Below are positions 1 through 9,070 of a stretch of 49,458 nt of DNA, one piece after another. Source of the DNA: an uncultured Planctomycetota bacterium. GTDB taxonomy: Bacteria; Planctomycetota; SKW154. The stretch is from contig CAYPNR010000005.1 in the NCBI GenBank assembly GCA_964412125.1, positions 1-49,458 of the forward strand. The letters run 5' to 3'. The notes under the pieces are model-generated. The model saw only the letters and a program-made list of their open reading frames with translations. It made no database searches and was not told the DNA's origin. The translations under genes were made by a program, and so were the position numbers. Each line of letters starts with the position of its first letter. The stretch's first letter is position 1.

Positions 1-22
1 TCGGGGAGTTGGAGGCGCTGCC

Positions 23-409
23 ATGACGAAGAGGGAATTGGAGCGCTTTCGTCAGTTGCTGCTCAAGCAGAGAGCGATCCTGCGGGGCGACATAGACCGC
101 ATGGGCAACGAGTCGCTCGCCAAGTCCTTTCAGGAGGCCACAGGCGAGGTCTCCAGCATGCCCGTCCACATCGCCGACATATCCGCCGAGAGTTACGAAC
201 AGGAGTTCGCCGTCGGACTTCTCCAGAGCAAGGGCGAGATAGTGGAGGAGATAGACGAAGCGATAAGGCGGATAGACAACAAAACGTACGGAATATGCGA
301 AGAGTGCAGAAGTCGAATACCCAAGCAACGCTTGCTTGCGATACCGTATACGAGGCTGTGCGTCAAATGCCAGGAGGAGATGGAGCGGAGCCGAAAGCGC
401 ATCCGTTGA
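23..409 (+). CDS. DksA/TraR-family C4 zinc-finger protein
   Basis: 128-aa ORF with a helical N-half followed by C-x2-C-x17-C-x2-C (CEEC...CVKC). Its stop overlaps the next start. Confidence 0.8.
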   Translation: MTKRELERFRQLLLKQRAILRGDIDRMGNESLAKSFQEATGEVSSMPVHIADISAESYEQEFAVGLLQSKGEIVEEIDEAIRRIDNKTYGICEECRSRIPKQRLLAIPYTRLCVKCQEEMERSRKRIR

Positions 410-1050
410 ACAGAGCGACGCTCCTGTTCGCGGCGGCCGCGTTGCTCGGACTCGCCGCCGACATCGTCAGCAAGGAGATCGCCTTCGGACTGCTGCCGAA
501 GACCGAGGTGTTCGTCCTCGCCGACCGGGGCAGGGTGCGCGGCACCGTGGTGGCTGAAGACGCGGAGTCGTTCGACGTCCTCACCTCCTCCGGTGTGGAG
601 AAAGTGCGAAAGAGTCGCGTCAGGGGATGGTGTCCGCCCGAGGAAGCCTGGCTCGTGAGAGGATGGGTGGGCTTCCGCCGCTCCCGCAACACCGGCGCGC
701 TGTTCGGCGCGTTCGCCGGCATGGGCGTTCTTTTCGTACTGATCTCGCTGGGCGCCACGGCCGTCATGATCTGGGTGGTCGTCGTGCGGAAGCCCGCTCC
801 GGGACGGTACGTCTCGATCACGCTCGGCCTGCTCGCCGGCGGAATACTGGGCAACCTGTACGACCGCCTGTTCCACGGTTTCGTACGCGACTTCATCGGC
901 CTGCACGCCGGCTCCTTCACGTGGCCGTATTTCAACGTGGCCGACGTCCTGATAGTGGCGGGGATAGGTCTCATGGTCCTCCGCAACCTCGCGGCCGGCA
1001 GGGGCGGAGCGGACGCGGGGGACGGGGATGACGGGGACGGGGAGGATTAG
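406..1050 (+). CDS. lspA: Lipoprotein signal peptidase II with an extended periplasmic insert
   Basis: Motifs RNTGALFG, GNLYDRL and FNVADV are present. I place the start at TTG 406, which overlaps the dksA-like TGA. The ORF-track start at 295 lies inside the previous gene. Confidence 0.8.
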   Translation: MNRATLLFAAAALLGLAADIVSKEIAFGLLPKTEVFVLADRGRVRGTVVAEDAESFDVLTSSGVEKVRKSRVRGWCPPEEAWLVRGWVGFRRSRNTGALFGAFAGMGVLFVLISLGATAVMIWVVVVRKPAPGRYVSITLGLLAGGILGNLYDRLFHGFVRDFIGLHAGSFTWPYFNVADVLIVAGIGLMVLRNLAAGRGGADAGDGDDGDGED

Positions 1051-1052
1051 GC

Positions 1053-2213
1053 TTGACCGGCGAGGAGATGGAAGGGACCGTCATAGAGGGGGAGAAAAGC
1101 GCGCTGCCGTTTTCCCGGGGCATACTCGCCCAGTCGCTGATAGTCTCCGGTCTCGCGCCGCGCGAGGCGTACGAGGTGGCCCGGGAGGTGCAGTCGCTTC
1201 TGGAGCCGGGCAAGCGCTATCGCGAGCGTCAACTGGCGCGGATCGTGTCGGCCCATCTGCGACGCACCAGGGGCGCCGCGGTCGCGCGGCGCTACAGAAA
1301 GTCCATCGACCGTCGACAGGTGTTCTTCGTGAGCAGCGGACGCGGCTCCGCTCCGTTCTCCAAGATGGTGCTGGTCCGCTCGTTGCGCGCGGCCGGCCTG
1401 GACATGCACACCGCCGCCCGGGTCGCTCAGGAGGTGGAACTGCGACTGCGGGCGAGCCACTCGCGTTCGTTGTCGTCGGGCAGGCTGCGCTCGGCGGTCT
1501 CCGCGGCGCTTCGGGAGGGACTCGGACCGGAGTATGTGGAGCGCTATCTGCTCTGGCATCGTGTGAAGCGCTCGTCCAAGCCGCTTGTGGTGCTCGTCGG
1601 CGGCGCCACCGGCGTGGGCAAGTCCACTCTGTCGATAGAGTTGGCCAACGTCCTGGAGATACCGCACGTCGCCTCCACCGACATCATACGCGAGATGATG
1701 CGGACGATGTTCAGCGCCGATCTGCTGCCGCACATCCATTACGCTTCCTATCAGGCCGACTCGGTGAGGCGCTTCACCACGGGCGCCGATCCCATGCTGG
1801 CCGGCTTTCAGGAGCAGGCGGCCCTGGTGGCCGTCGGCGTGAAAGCGATGATCTCCCGCGCGATCAAGGAGAACTCTTCGATAATAGTGAACGGCGTCCA
1901 CATCGTGCCGGGCATCATAGACGCCGCGGAGTTCGAGACCTGCATCACGCAGTTCCTGCTCGTGCTGGACGACGCCTCGTCGCACAGGGCGCGTTTCGGA
2001 CGTCGTCAGCGTCGCGCGCCGCGGCGCCGCGCCCGCGACTATCTGCGCTACTTTCCGGCGATTCGTCGGATACAGAATTTCCTGGTGGACCGGGCCCGCG
2101 AGTGCGGCACGCCGACCATAGAGAGTCACTATTTCGAGGAGACGCTGGACGCGGCGTTGAACTACGTGACCGAGACCGTCGCGAAGAGTCCTTTCTTTGG
2201 AGGCAGGCGGTGA
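1053..2213 (+). CDS. 2-phosphoglycerate kinase (COG2074 type) with an N-terminal ATP-cone-like region
   Basis: P-loop block LVGGATGVGKSTLSIELANVLEIPHVASTDIIREMMR matches my recollection of archaeal 2PGK. The start could be TTG 1053 or ATG 1068. Confidence 0.7.
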   Translation: MTGEEMEGTVIEGEKSALPFSRGILAQSLIVSGLAPREAYEVAREVQSLLEPGKRYRERQLARIVSAHLRRTRGAAVARRYRKSIDRRQVFFVSSGRGSAPFSKMVLVRSLRAAGLDMHTAARVAQEVELRLRASHSRSLSSGRLRSAVSAALREGLGPEYVERYLLWHRVKRSSKPLVVLVGGATGVGKSTLSIELANVLEIPHVASTDIIREMMRTMFSADLLPHIHYASYQADSVRRFTTGADPMLAGFQEQAALVAVGVKAMISRAIKENSSIIVNGVHIVPGIIDAAEFETCITQFLLVLDDASSHRARFGRRQRRAPRRRARDYLRYFPAIRRIQNFLVDRARECGTPTIESHYFEETLDAALNYVTETVAKSPFFGGRR

Positions 2214-3544
2214 GACGTGCGGTGTTCATAATAGACGGCGAGCACTACATGCCGGTGCTGGTGGAGTCCATAGCGCGGATAGAACGCGACCTCGACGTGG
2301 AGGCGGTGGGCGCGGTCTTTCTGGGGACCGCGGAGAAGATCGGAGGCGAGGAGGCGATAGCGTCGCTGGACTTGCCGGTTTTCACGGCGCAGGAGCCGCT
2401 GGCGTCGCTTCGCGAGGCGATCAGGTGCTACTCGCCGGACATGGTGATAGACCTGAGCGACGAGCCGCACATGAGCCTCGCGATGCGGATGAGGGTCGCG
2501 GCGGAGGTGCTGAGCGCGGGCCTGGAGTATCTCGGAGCGGACTTCCGTTTCGAGAGAAAGGCTTTCACGAGGGTGCGGAGGCGCTCCTTCGCGGTCTTCA
2601 GCGTGGCCAAACGCGCGGGCAAGACGGCGGTCTGCTGCACGATAGCGCGCATATTGAAGAGCGTCGGCGAGGAGCCGATCATCTTCACGATGAGTCGCGG
2701 CGGACCGGCCGAGCCGGTCGTGGTGCGGCCGAGCGAGCGTCTGACGCCGGAGCGTCTCCTGGAGTTGGCGAAGACGGGACTGCACGCCGCCGCCGACCAC
2801 TACGAGAACGCGATCTTCTCGGGCGTCGCCACGATAGGCGCGCGTCGCGCCGGAGGCGGCTTCTCCGGCGTTCCGTTCTACACCAACGTTCAGGACGCCA
2901 TACGCACGGCCGGAAAGATGCGCTGCAGCGCTTACGTTTTCGAAGGTTCCGGCTCGGACGCGCCGCCCGTCGAGGGACCCGCGCGGGTGGTGCTGCTGCT
3001 GGCCAACATGAATCCGGCCGCGCTGCGCGAGCCTTTCAATCCGCCGCGGCTGCGCTCCAGTCGCATAGCGTTGATAATGCGCGCGGAGGAGCCGTTCGCC
3101 ACGCGGAAGGAGGTGAACGTCCTGAAGGAGCGCATTCTGGAGGCGAATCCGCGACTGCTGGTCTGCGCGGCCGTGTTGCGACCGCATCTGGCCGCTCCGC
3201 CTCCGGAGGGCTCCAGGGTCGTCGTCGCGTCCACCGCGCCGGAGCCGACGCATCTCCGACTCAAGGAGGACCTGGAGCGCGCCTACGGACTGGAGGTGGT
3301 GGGCATCACCGGCGCTCTGACCAACCGAAAGCGACTGGCGGCGGAGTTAAGGACGCTCTTCAAGGAGAAGCCGAGTCATCTGGTCACGGAGTTGAAGGCG
3401 GCCGCGGTGGAGGTCGGAATACGAAGCGCTCTGGCGCGCGGCGTGGAGGTCTGCCTGCTCGAGAACCGGCCGCAGGACGCCATGGACTGGGAGCCGTCGT
3501 TCAAGGACGTGGTGTTGCAGGCGTTCGAAGAGATGAAGAGGTGA
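2210..3544 (+). CDS. cpgS: Cyclic 2,3-diphosphoglycerate synthetase-like protein
   Basis: GTG 2210 overlaps the upstream TGA (GTGA). The N-terminus FIIDGEHYMPV and the P-loop-like AKRAGKT match my recollection of methanogen cDPG synthetase, as does the ~445 aa length. Upstream of 2210, the 838-aa track ORF is shadow frame. Confidence 0.65.
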   Translation: MRRAVFIIDGEHYMPVLVESIARIERDLDVEAVGAVFLGTAEKIGGEEAIASLDLPVFTAQEPLASLREAIRCYSPDMVIDLSDEPHMSLAMRMRVAAEVLSAGLEYLGADFRFERKAFTRVRRRSFAVFSVAKRAGKTAVCCTIARILKSVGEEPIIFTMSRGGPAEPVVVRPSERLTPERLLELAKTGLHAAADHYENAIFSGVATIGARRAGGGFSGVPFYTNVQDAIRTAGKMRCSAYVFEGSGSDAPPVEGPARVVLLLANMNPAALREPFNPPRLRSSRIALIMRAEEPFATRKEVNVLKERILEANPRLLVCAAVLRPHLAAPPPEGSRVVVASTAPEPTHLRLKEDLERAYGLEVVGITGALTNRKRLAAELRTLFKEKPSHLVTELKAAAVEVGIRSALARGVEVCLLENRPQDAMDWEPSFKDVVLQAFEEMKR

Positions 3545-3574
3545 GCCGCCTGAGGTCATCTGTGGAGGGACATC

Positions 3575-4822
3575 GTGAGCAGACGTGCGGTCATGGTGGT
3601 GATGGACGGTCTCGGCGATCGACCGCTGCCGGAGTTCGAAGGCAGAACGGCGCTGGAGGCCGCGGAGACGCCGAACATGGACCGTCTCGCGGCCGAAGGC
3701 GTCAACGGACTGATGGACCCGCTTGCGCCGGGGGTGCGCGTCGGAACGGACGTGGGCCATCTCGCGCTTTTCGGCTACAATCCCTTGAGGGTCTACTGGG
3801 GTCGGGGACCGATTGAGGCGGCCGGCGTCGGACTCGATCTTCATCCGGGCGACGTCGCCTTCCGCGCCAATTTCGCCACCGTCTCCACCGACGGCAGAAT
3901 ACTCGACCGCCGCGCCGGTCGTCTTCGTGAGGGAACCGCGGAGTTGGCCGCGGCTCTGGACTCCATGCTTCTGTCCGACGGCACGCGGGTCGTTTTCAGG
4001 GCCGCGACCGAGCATCGCGCCGTGCTCGTGCTGCGCGGCGAGAGGCTCTCGCCGCTGGTGAGCGATTCGGATCCGGGTCCGCTCGGCGAAGGCGGCCCGG
4101 TTCTGCCGCTGCTGCCGCGGATGGAGGAGTCGCAGGCGGCGCGTCGCACGGCCGAACTCGCCTCCGAGTTCGTCGAGCGGGCGGCCGGCATACTCGCCGA
4201 GCATCCCGTCAACCGGGAGAGAGTCGACCGCGGTCTGCCGCCGGCGAACTACGTTCTGCTGCGCGGCGCGGGCGTGAGACGCCCCATGCGCTCGCTCGCC
4301 GAGCGCTTCAACATCTCCGGCGCGTGCGTGGCCGCCGAGTGCACCATCGTCGGCATAGCGCGTATGACCGGCTTCGACGTGGTCACCGACGAGCGGTTCA
4401 CCGCCAATCTGGACACGGACGTGGACGCCAAGGCCGCCGCCGCCGTGGACGCGCTCGAGGAGCACGACCTGGTCATAATCCACTACAAAGGCACCGACAT
4501 AGCCAGCCACGACGAGAAGCCGAAAGAGAAGGTGCGTTTCATAGAGCGTGTGGACGCCGCGCTCGAGCGCCTCATCTCGGCCGCGGAGCGATACGATCTC
4601 TATATCGCCGTGACCAGCGACCACTCCACTCCCTGCCACCTGCGGGAGCACTCCGCCGATCCCGTGCCCGTGCTTTTATGGGGCGGAGACGTGCTCACCG
4701 ACGGTGTGAGGTCGTATGGCGAGCGGCCGTGCGTGGCCGGCGGTCTCGGCCGCTTGAGCGCCAACGCTCTGCTGCTGACCCTGCTCGACTATCTCGGCGT
4801 CACATACCGCTTTGGGGGATGA
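3575..4822 (+). CDS. apgM: Archaeal-type cofactor-independent phosphoglycerate mutase
   Basis: The ORF contains MDGLGDRP...TPNMDRLA...GTDVGHLALFGYNP...GRGPIEAAG...GDVAFRANFATV...DRRAGR. Confidence 0.85.
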   Translation: MSRRAVMVVMDGLGDRPLPEFEGRTALEAAETPNMDRLAAEGVNGLMDPLAPGVRVGTDVGHLALFGYNPLRVYWGRGPIEAAGVGLDLHPGDVAFRANFATVSTDGRILDRRAGRLREGTAELAAALDSMLLSDGTRVVFRAATEHRAVLVLRGERLSPLVSDSDPGPLGEGGPVLPLLPRMEESQAARRTAELASEFVERAAGILAEHPVNRERVDRGLPPANYVLLRGAGVRRPMRSLAERFNISGACVAAECTIVGIARMTGFDVVTDERFTANLDTDVDAKAAAAVDALEEHDLVIIHYKGTDIASHDEKPKEKVRFIERVDAALERLISAAERYDLYIAVTSDHSTPCHLREHSADPVPVLLWGGDVLTDGVRSYGERPCVAGGLGRLSANALLLTLLDYLGVTYRFGG

Positions 4823-4825
4823 GAC

Positions 4826-5320
4826 TTGTCCCTCCACGACATGAAGGTCTCCGACATAATGGTGAAGGAGGTGGTCGCGATTCGACCGGGCGCCACCATT
4901 CCGGAACTGTGTCGCGTTCTCGCGCAGCACAACATAACCGGCGTGCCGGTGGTCGCCGAAGGAGGCCGCCTGGTGGGAATCGTTTCGCAGAAGGACGTCA
5001 TGGCGCGTCAGATGCTGCGCGACGAGGAACTGCTGCAGGACGCGGAACTTTACGAACTGCTGGTGGCCCCGCAGATCGATCCGCGGGAGCGCGACTTCGC
5101 CGGCCGTTTCGTGGTGGTGGAGGAGATAATGACCCGCAACGTGGTGACCGCGCGACCGCGGATGAGTCTGGCCGAGACCGCGCGACTGCTGGTCAAACAC
5201 AGGATAAGTCGACTGCCGGTGGTCGAGCGGGGCCGTCTGGTGGGCATCGTCACTCCGTTCGATATACTTCGCGTGCTGGCGCGCGGGACGGGGAAGGGCG
5301 ATAAGGGAAGCGATTTTTGA
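4826..5320 (+). CDS. CBS-pair domain protein
   Basis: Two CBS repeats are visible (VSDIMVKEVVAIRP...ITGVPVV and EIMTRNVVTARP...ISRLPVV). The start is TTG, 3 nt after the apgM stop. Confidence 0.8.
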   Translation: MSLHDMKVSDIMVKEVVAIRPGATIPELCRVLAQHNITGVPVVAEGGRLVGIVSQKDVMARQMLRDEELLQDAELYELLVAPQIDPRERDFAGRFVVVEEIMTRNVVTARPRMSLAETARLLVKHRISRLPVVERGRLVGIVTPFDILRVLARGTGKGDKGSDF

Positions 5321-5345
5321 AAGTCGGTCGTTCTCCTGTTATTAT
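5317..5345 (+). promoter_or_regulatory. Sigma70-like promoter: TTGAAA-N17-TATTAT
   Basis: The -35 box is at 5317-5322 and overlaps the CBS stop. The spacer is 17 nt and the -10 box is at 5340-5345. AGGAGGG precedes ATG 5379. Confidence 0.45.
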
Positions 5346-5378
5346 TGTCCCGCAGTCGGCAATAGGAGGGAATCGACC

Positions 5379-5930
5379 ATGGCGACGGTTCGTCTTACCA
5401 CTCCCCTGTCCGAGGAGGACGTACTCAAACTCCGCGCGGGCGACAAGGTTCTGATAACGGGTGAGGTCTACACCGCCCGCGACGCCGCGCACAAGCGTCT
5501 GATAGAGATGATGGAGCGCGGCGAGCCGCTTCCGTTCGAGCCGAAGGGCGCCGTCATCTACTACGTCGGTCCCGCGCCGGCCAAGCCGGGCTGGGCCGTC
5601 GGCCCCTGCGGTCCGACCACCTCTTATCGAATGGACCCCTACACCGAGGCCATGCTGAAGGCCGGCGTGAAGGCGGTCGTGGGCAAGGGCAACCGCTCGC
5701 AGGAGGTGCGCGACGCGCTCGTCCGCCACAAAGCGGTGTATCTGGCGGCGACCGGCGGCGCGGCCGCGCTCATAGCCAAGTCCGTCAAGGAAGGCGAGAT
5801 AGTCGCCTTCGAGGATCTCGGCACCGAGGCCGTTCGTCGTTTTCGTGTCGAAGAATTTCCCGCCACCGTGGTGAACGACACCGCCGGTGCCGATCTCTAC
5901 GAGGAGGGACGCGCCGAGTATCGCGTGTAA
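5379..5930 (+). CDS. Fe-S hydro-lyase beta subunit (class I fumarase / L-tartrate dehydratase beta type)
   Basis: 183-aa ORF containing GEVYTARDAAHKRL...GPTTSYRMDPY...GKGNRS...ATGGAAAL, which is typical of FumB/TtdB C-terminal domain proteins. Confidence 0.8.
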   Translation: MATVRLTTPLSEEDVLKLRAGDKVLITGEVYTARDAAHKRLIEMMERGEPLPFEPKGAVIYYVGPAPAKPGWAVGPCGPTTSYRMDPYTEAMLKAGVKAVVGKGNRSQEVRDALVRHKAVYLAATGGAAALIAKSVKEGEIVAFEDLGTEAVRRFRVEEFPATVVNDTAGADLYEEGRAEYRV

Positions 5931-5946
5931 CGATAGGAGATACGCC

Positions 5947-6861
5947 GTGGTGAAGACGAACGTCGAGAATCTCGTCAGGACGTGCGTGCTCGGAGAGGTT
6001 CGCCCCCATCTCGCCCGCGCCGGTTATCAGATCACCCACGACGGCCGCCCGGTCGCGGTGCCGTCGGTGGGCGGCGTCTGCTACAACGTCAAGGTGGGCG
6101 ACAGGCTCTGGGACTGGGTCGCGGACCATCTCGAGCCGGGCGTCTCCACCCGCAACAGGGACAGGGAAGACAACGTCGGATACAATCTTTACTCGTGCGT
6201 CGGCAACCGCGCCAGAGTCGTCTCCGGCGACGCCAAGGGCGCGGTCGGAGTGGTCACCGGCAAGCACGGAGGGATAGAGCACGTCATCATCGACTTCGAC
6301 GACAGGACGCTCCGCCGTCTCGTTCCCGGCGACAAGATTCTCGTCGAGGCGTTCGGTCTGGGGCTGGCCCTGTCGGACTGGCCGGGCGTGAAGGTGATGA
6401 ACGTGGATCCCGAACTTCTCGGCAAGATGGGCCTGCGGAAGCGACGCGGCAGGCTGCGCGTCCGCGTCGCCGCGCTCGTTCCCGCGCGGATCATGGGCAG
6501 CGGACTCGGCTCCGAGTCCTCCTATCGCGGCGATTACGACATTCAACTCTTCGACGACGAGACGGTCGCGGAGTTCGGCCTCGATCGTCTCAGGTTCGGC
6601 GACTTCGTCGCCATACTCGACGCGGACCACTCCTACGGCCGCATCTACAAGAAGGGAGCGGTCTCGGTGGGGGTCGTCGTTCACGGCCGCTGCGTCAAGA
6701 GCGGTCACGGACCCGGCGTCACCACGGTGATGACGTCCTCGGACGGTCTGATCGAGCCGGTGATCGACGCGAACGCGAACGTGGGTTACTATCTGAGGCT
6801 CGGACGCTGGCGCGCGCGCGCCGGAAGGAAGCCGGCCGGCGGAAGGAAGAAGCGGGAATGA
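5947..6861 (+). CDS. Conserved hypothetical protein, possibly DUF4438 family
   Basis: GTG 5947 follows GGAGA. Amino-acid composition is clean and four Cys are present. The DUF4438 name is from memory only. Confidence 0.6.
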   Translation: MVKTNVENLVRTCVLGEVRPHLARAGYQITHDGRPVAVPSVGGVCYNVKVGDRLWDWVADHLEPGVSTRNRDREDNVGYNLYSCVGNRARVVSGDAKGAVGVVTGKHGGIEHVIIDFDDRTLRRLVPGDKILVEAFGLGLALSDWPGVKVMNVDPELLGKMGLRKRRGRLRVRVAALVPARIMGSGLGSESSYRGDYDIQLFDDETVAEFGLDRLRFGDFVAILDADHSYGRIYKKGAVSVGVVVHGRCVKSGHGPGVTTVMTSSDGLIEPVIDANANVGYYLRLGRWRARAGRKPAGGRKKRE

Positions 6862-6970
6862 CGAGACGACGTTCCGGGTCGAGGACGCGGCGCACGTGAA
6901 GCCGTGGACTGTTACGGGCTTGTGACAACTTCGTCTTCATAATCGCGGCGGACGCTGTAGGGGCGAAGAA

Positions 6971-9070
6971 GTGATGTTTTCAGGGCGGACGACCGCGTCG
7001 ATCGCGGTGTACTGTTGCGTTTTCGGTTTCTGCGCGGCGCTGTGCGGCGCGCCTCCCGCCTCAGACGCGGACGCTCCGAAGCGGCCCGGCGACGAACGAC
7101 CTTCCACGAAGAAGAACGGCGCCGCGGACGAAGGTCCGCTGGACGAGGTCGAGTTGAACGACGGCCGCGTGATCCGCGGCATCGTTCTCGACGCCGGAGG
7201 CCCGACGATCCGCATAAAACGCAAACTCGGCTCGGTGACCGTGATGAAGAGCGACATCAAGAGATGCACGTTCGCCAGGGACGCGCGACGCGAGCGCGAG
7301 GAGGACGAAGTTCATCTTCGGGACGGACGAATCCTGAAGGGCAGGGTGGAGGTGGACAACGAGACCGGCCGCGTGGCCGTGACGCGGATGCTGCACGGGG
7401 AGCGGCAGAAAGTCTGGCTGGACCCGGCGGAGGTGTTACGGATAAAGAAGGGAGGAGCGCCGCTCGAGCCGGACCTGATCGAGAAGGAGGCCGCCGACCT
7501 GGTCGGCGTCATGGTGAGCGGCACCGAGGAGGAGGCGAAGAAGGCGGAAGAGCGACTGGTGTCGATGGGCATGTTCGCCGTGGAGACGCTCAAGCGTCTG
7601 AGGCTGTCGCAGCCGGTGCGCGTGCAGAAGCGGATAACGCACATTCTCCGCGTCGCGGAACTCAACCGCTATCTGACGCCGAAGATGACCGAGGAGGTGA
7701 AGGACGTCTACGAGAGGCTTCTCGACGGCTCGCCGCGGCAGAAGGTGGACGTGGTGAAGGAGTTGGTTCTCGTGGAGGGCGAGGCGGCCGTGCCGCTGCT
7801 TCTGCATCTCGCGCGGCGCCGCGAGGAGGACGCGCGCGTGCGCGCGATTTGTGTGGCGATGCTGGCGAAGACGCATCGTTACGCGCAACTGGCGGACCTT
7901 CTCGAGAGCGAGGACGGTCGTCTGCGGTTCGCCGCGGCTCTCGCTCTGGCCGACGAAGGCGTCTACGCGGGCGCCGAGCAGTTGCTGAGCGCGCTGAAGA
8001 TGGGCCTGCGGGAGGTACGCGGGCAGGCGCTGGAGCGTCTCAGGCGCCTGGCCGGGACCGACTTCGGATTCGATCCGTCCAAGGACCCCGCCGGGCAGAC
8101 CGAGGCGCTGGACCGCTGGCGGGCGTGGTGGCGGCAGAACTCCGGTCGCGTGCTCAAGGACGCGGCCAAGCAACTCACGCCGGCGGCGGTCAGCGGCGAG
8201 GACCGCGAGTTTTCGGCGATACGCGCGGCGCACGCCGCGGGACTGATGGAGCGCGGACGCCTGGAGGGAGCGCTGCGCGAGTACCGCAGGGCCGCGCGGA
8301 TAGATCCTTCCAACACGCGCGCGCGCCTCGCCGTGGGCGTGCTCACCTACGTGGTCGAGCACGACTACAAGAAGGCCCGCGCCGAGATGATGCGTCTTCT
8401 GTCCGCCTACGATCTGCTGACCGATTCGGTACGCAGGGAGACCAGATACTGGCTCGGGCAGATGGCGCTGGAGAAGGGCGACTGGAAGGAGGCGCTGCAC
8501 CAGTTTCAGGTGGCGCTGTTCACCGACGCCGCCTACATCCCCGCCTACGAGGGACTGGCCAGGGCGCTGCTGCAGCAGTTGAGGGGCGATCCGCTTATGG
8601 CCGGCGACGAGGTGGGTCGCGAGGTTCTGCATCGCCGCGCGACCACCGCTCTCCGCGTGGCGCTCGCCTACATGGACCGCGAACTGAACATGATACGCGA
8701 CGTCGAGTTCCGCGTGTCGTTACGCGAGGCGCACAAGGAACTCGGCGCGCTGCTCGGTCGCTCGATAAAGGTGCGCACCGACGAAGACATAGCGTCGTAC
8801 GAGCGACTGCTGGTGGCGCACAAGGCGCACCTGTACGAGCGTATCGCCGAGGTCGAAATGGCGTTCAAGCGCTACGGCGACGCCGTGGACTCGCTTCAGG
8901 AAGCGGCCATATGCCAGCCGAACAACGCGTACTACCTCTATCGCCTGGGACTGGTCCACGCGATGAGCGGCGACAACGCGGCCGCCAGGGACGCTTTCAA
9001 AAAAGCCCTGGCGAAGAATCCCGATCTACGTCAGGCGCGCGAGGCGCTGGACGCTCTGGAGGGCAAGTAG
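6971..9070 (+). CDS. Secreted HEAT/TPR-repeat protein
   Basis: N-terminal signal peptide (IAVYCCVFGFCAALCGAPPA), HEAT-like repeats in the middle, and TPR-like helices at the C-terminus (AYYLYRLGLVHAMSGDNAAARDAFKKALAKNP). Confidence 0.75.
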   Translation: MMFSGRTTASIAVYCCVFGFCAALCGAPPASDADAPKRPGDERPSTKKNGAADEGPLDEVELNDGRVIRGIVLDAGGPTIRIKRKLGSVTVMKSDIKRCTFARDARREREEDEVHLRDGRILKGRVEVDNETGRVAVTRMLHGERQKVWLDPAEVLRIKKGGAPLEPDLIEKEAADLVGVMVSGTEEEAKKAEERLVSMGMFAVETLKRLRLSQPVRVQKRITHILRVAELNRYLTPKMTEEVKDVYERLLDGSPRQKVDVVKELVLVEGEAAVPLLLHLARRREEDARVRAICVAMLAKTHRYAQLADLLESEDGRLRFAAALALADEGVYAGAEQLLSALKMGLREVRGQALERLRRLAGTDFGFDPSKDPAGQTEALDRWRAWWRQNSGRVLKDAAKQLTPAAVSGEDREFSAIRAAHAAGLMERGRLEGALREYRRAARIDPSNTRARLAVGVLTYVVEHDYKKARAEMMRLLSAYDLLTDSVRRETRYWLGQMALEKGDWKEALHQFQVALFTDAAYIPAYEGLARALLQQLRGDPLMAGDEVGREVLHRRATTALRVALAYMDRELNMIRDVEFRVSLREAHKELGALLGRSIKVRTDEDIASYERLLVAHKAHLYERIAEVEMAFKRYGDAVDSLQEAAICQPNNAYYLYRLGLVHAMSGDNAAARDAFKKALAKNPDLRQAREALDALEGK

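Noticed and set aside
1028-2209. Upstream extensions of track ORFs. These are 1028-2209, 14596-15453, 19601-19807, 29731-30621, 31056-31307, 31940-33154, 11950-12492 and 23345-23728.
   Set aside because: Each extension overlaps a well-supported upstream gene in another frame and is Arg/Gly-rich. Internal starts with SD sequences or stop-start overlaps fit better.
6901-6945. TTGTGA ... CATAAT as a promoter for the HEAT/TPR gene
   Set aside because: The hexamer spacing is only 12 nt, and alternative -35 choices are poor.
7015-9069. First two-thirds of the 1083-aa plus-strand ORF
   Set aside because: This is an Arg/Gly/Ala-rich shadow frame over the HEAT/TPR gene. Only the part from GTG 9070 (STAS-PP2C) has protein-like composition and motifs.
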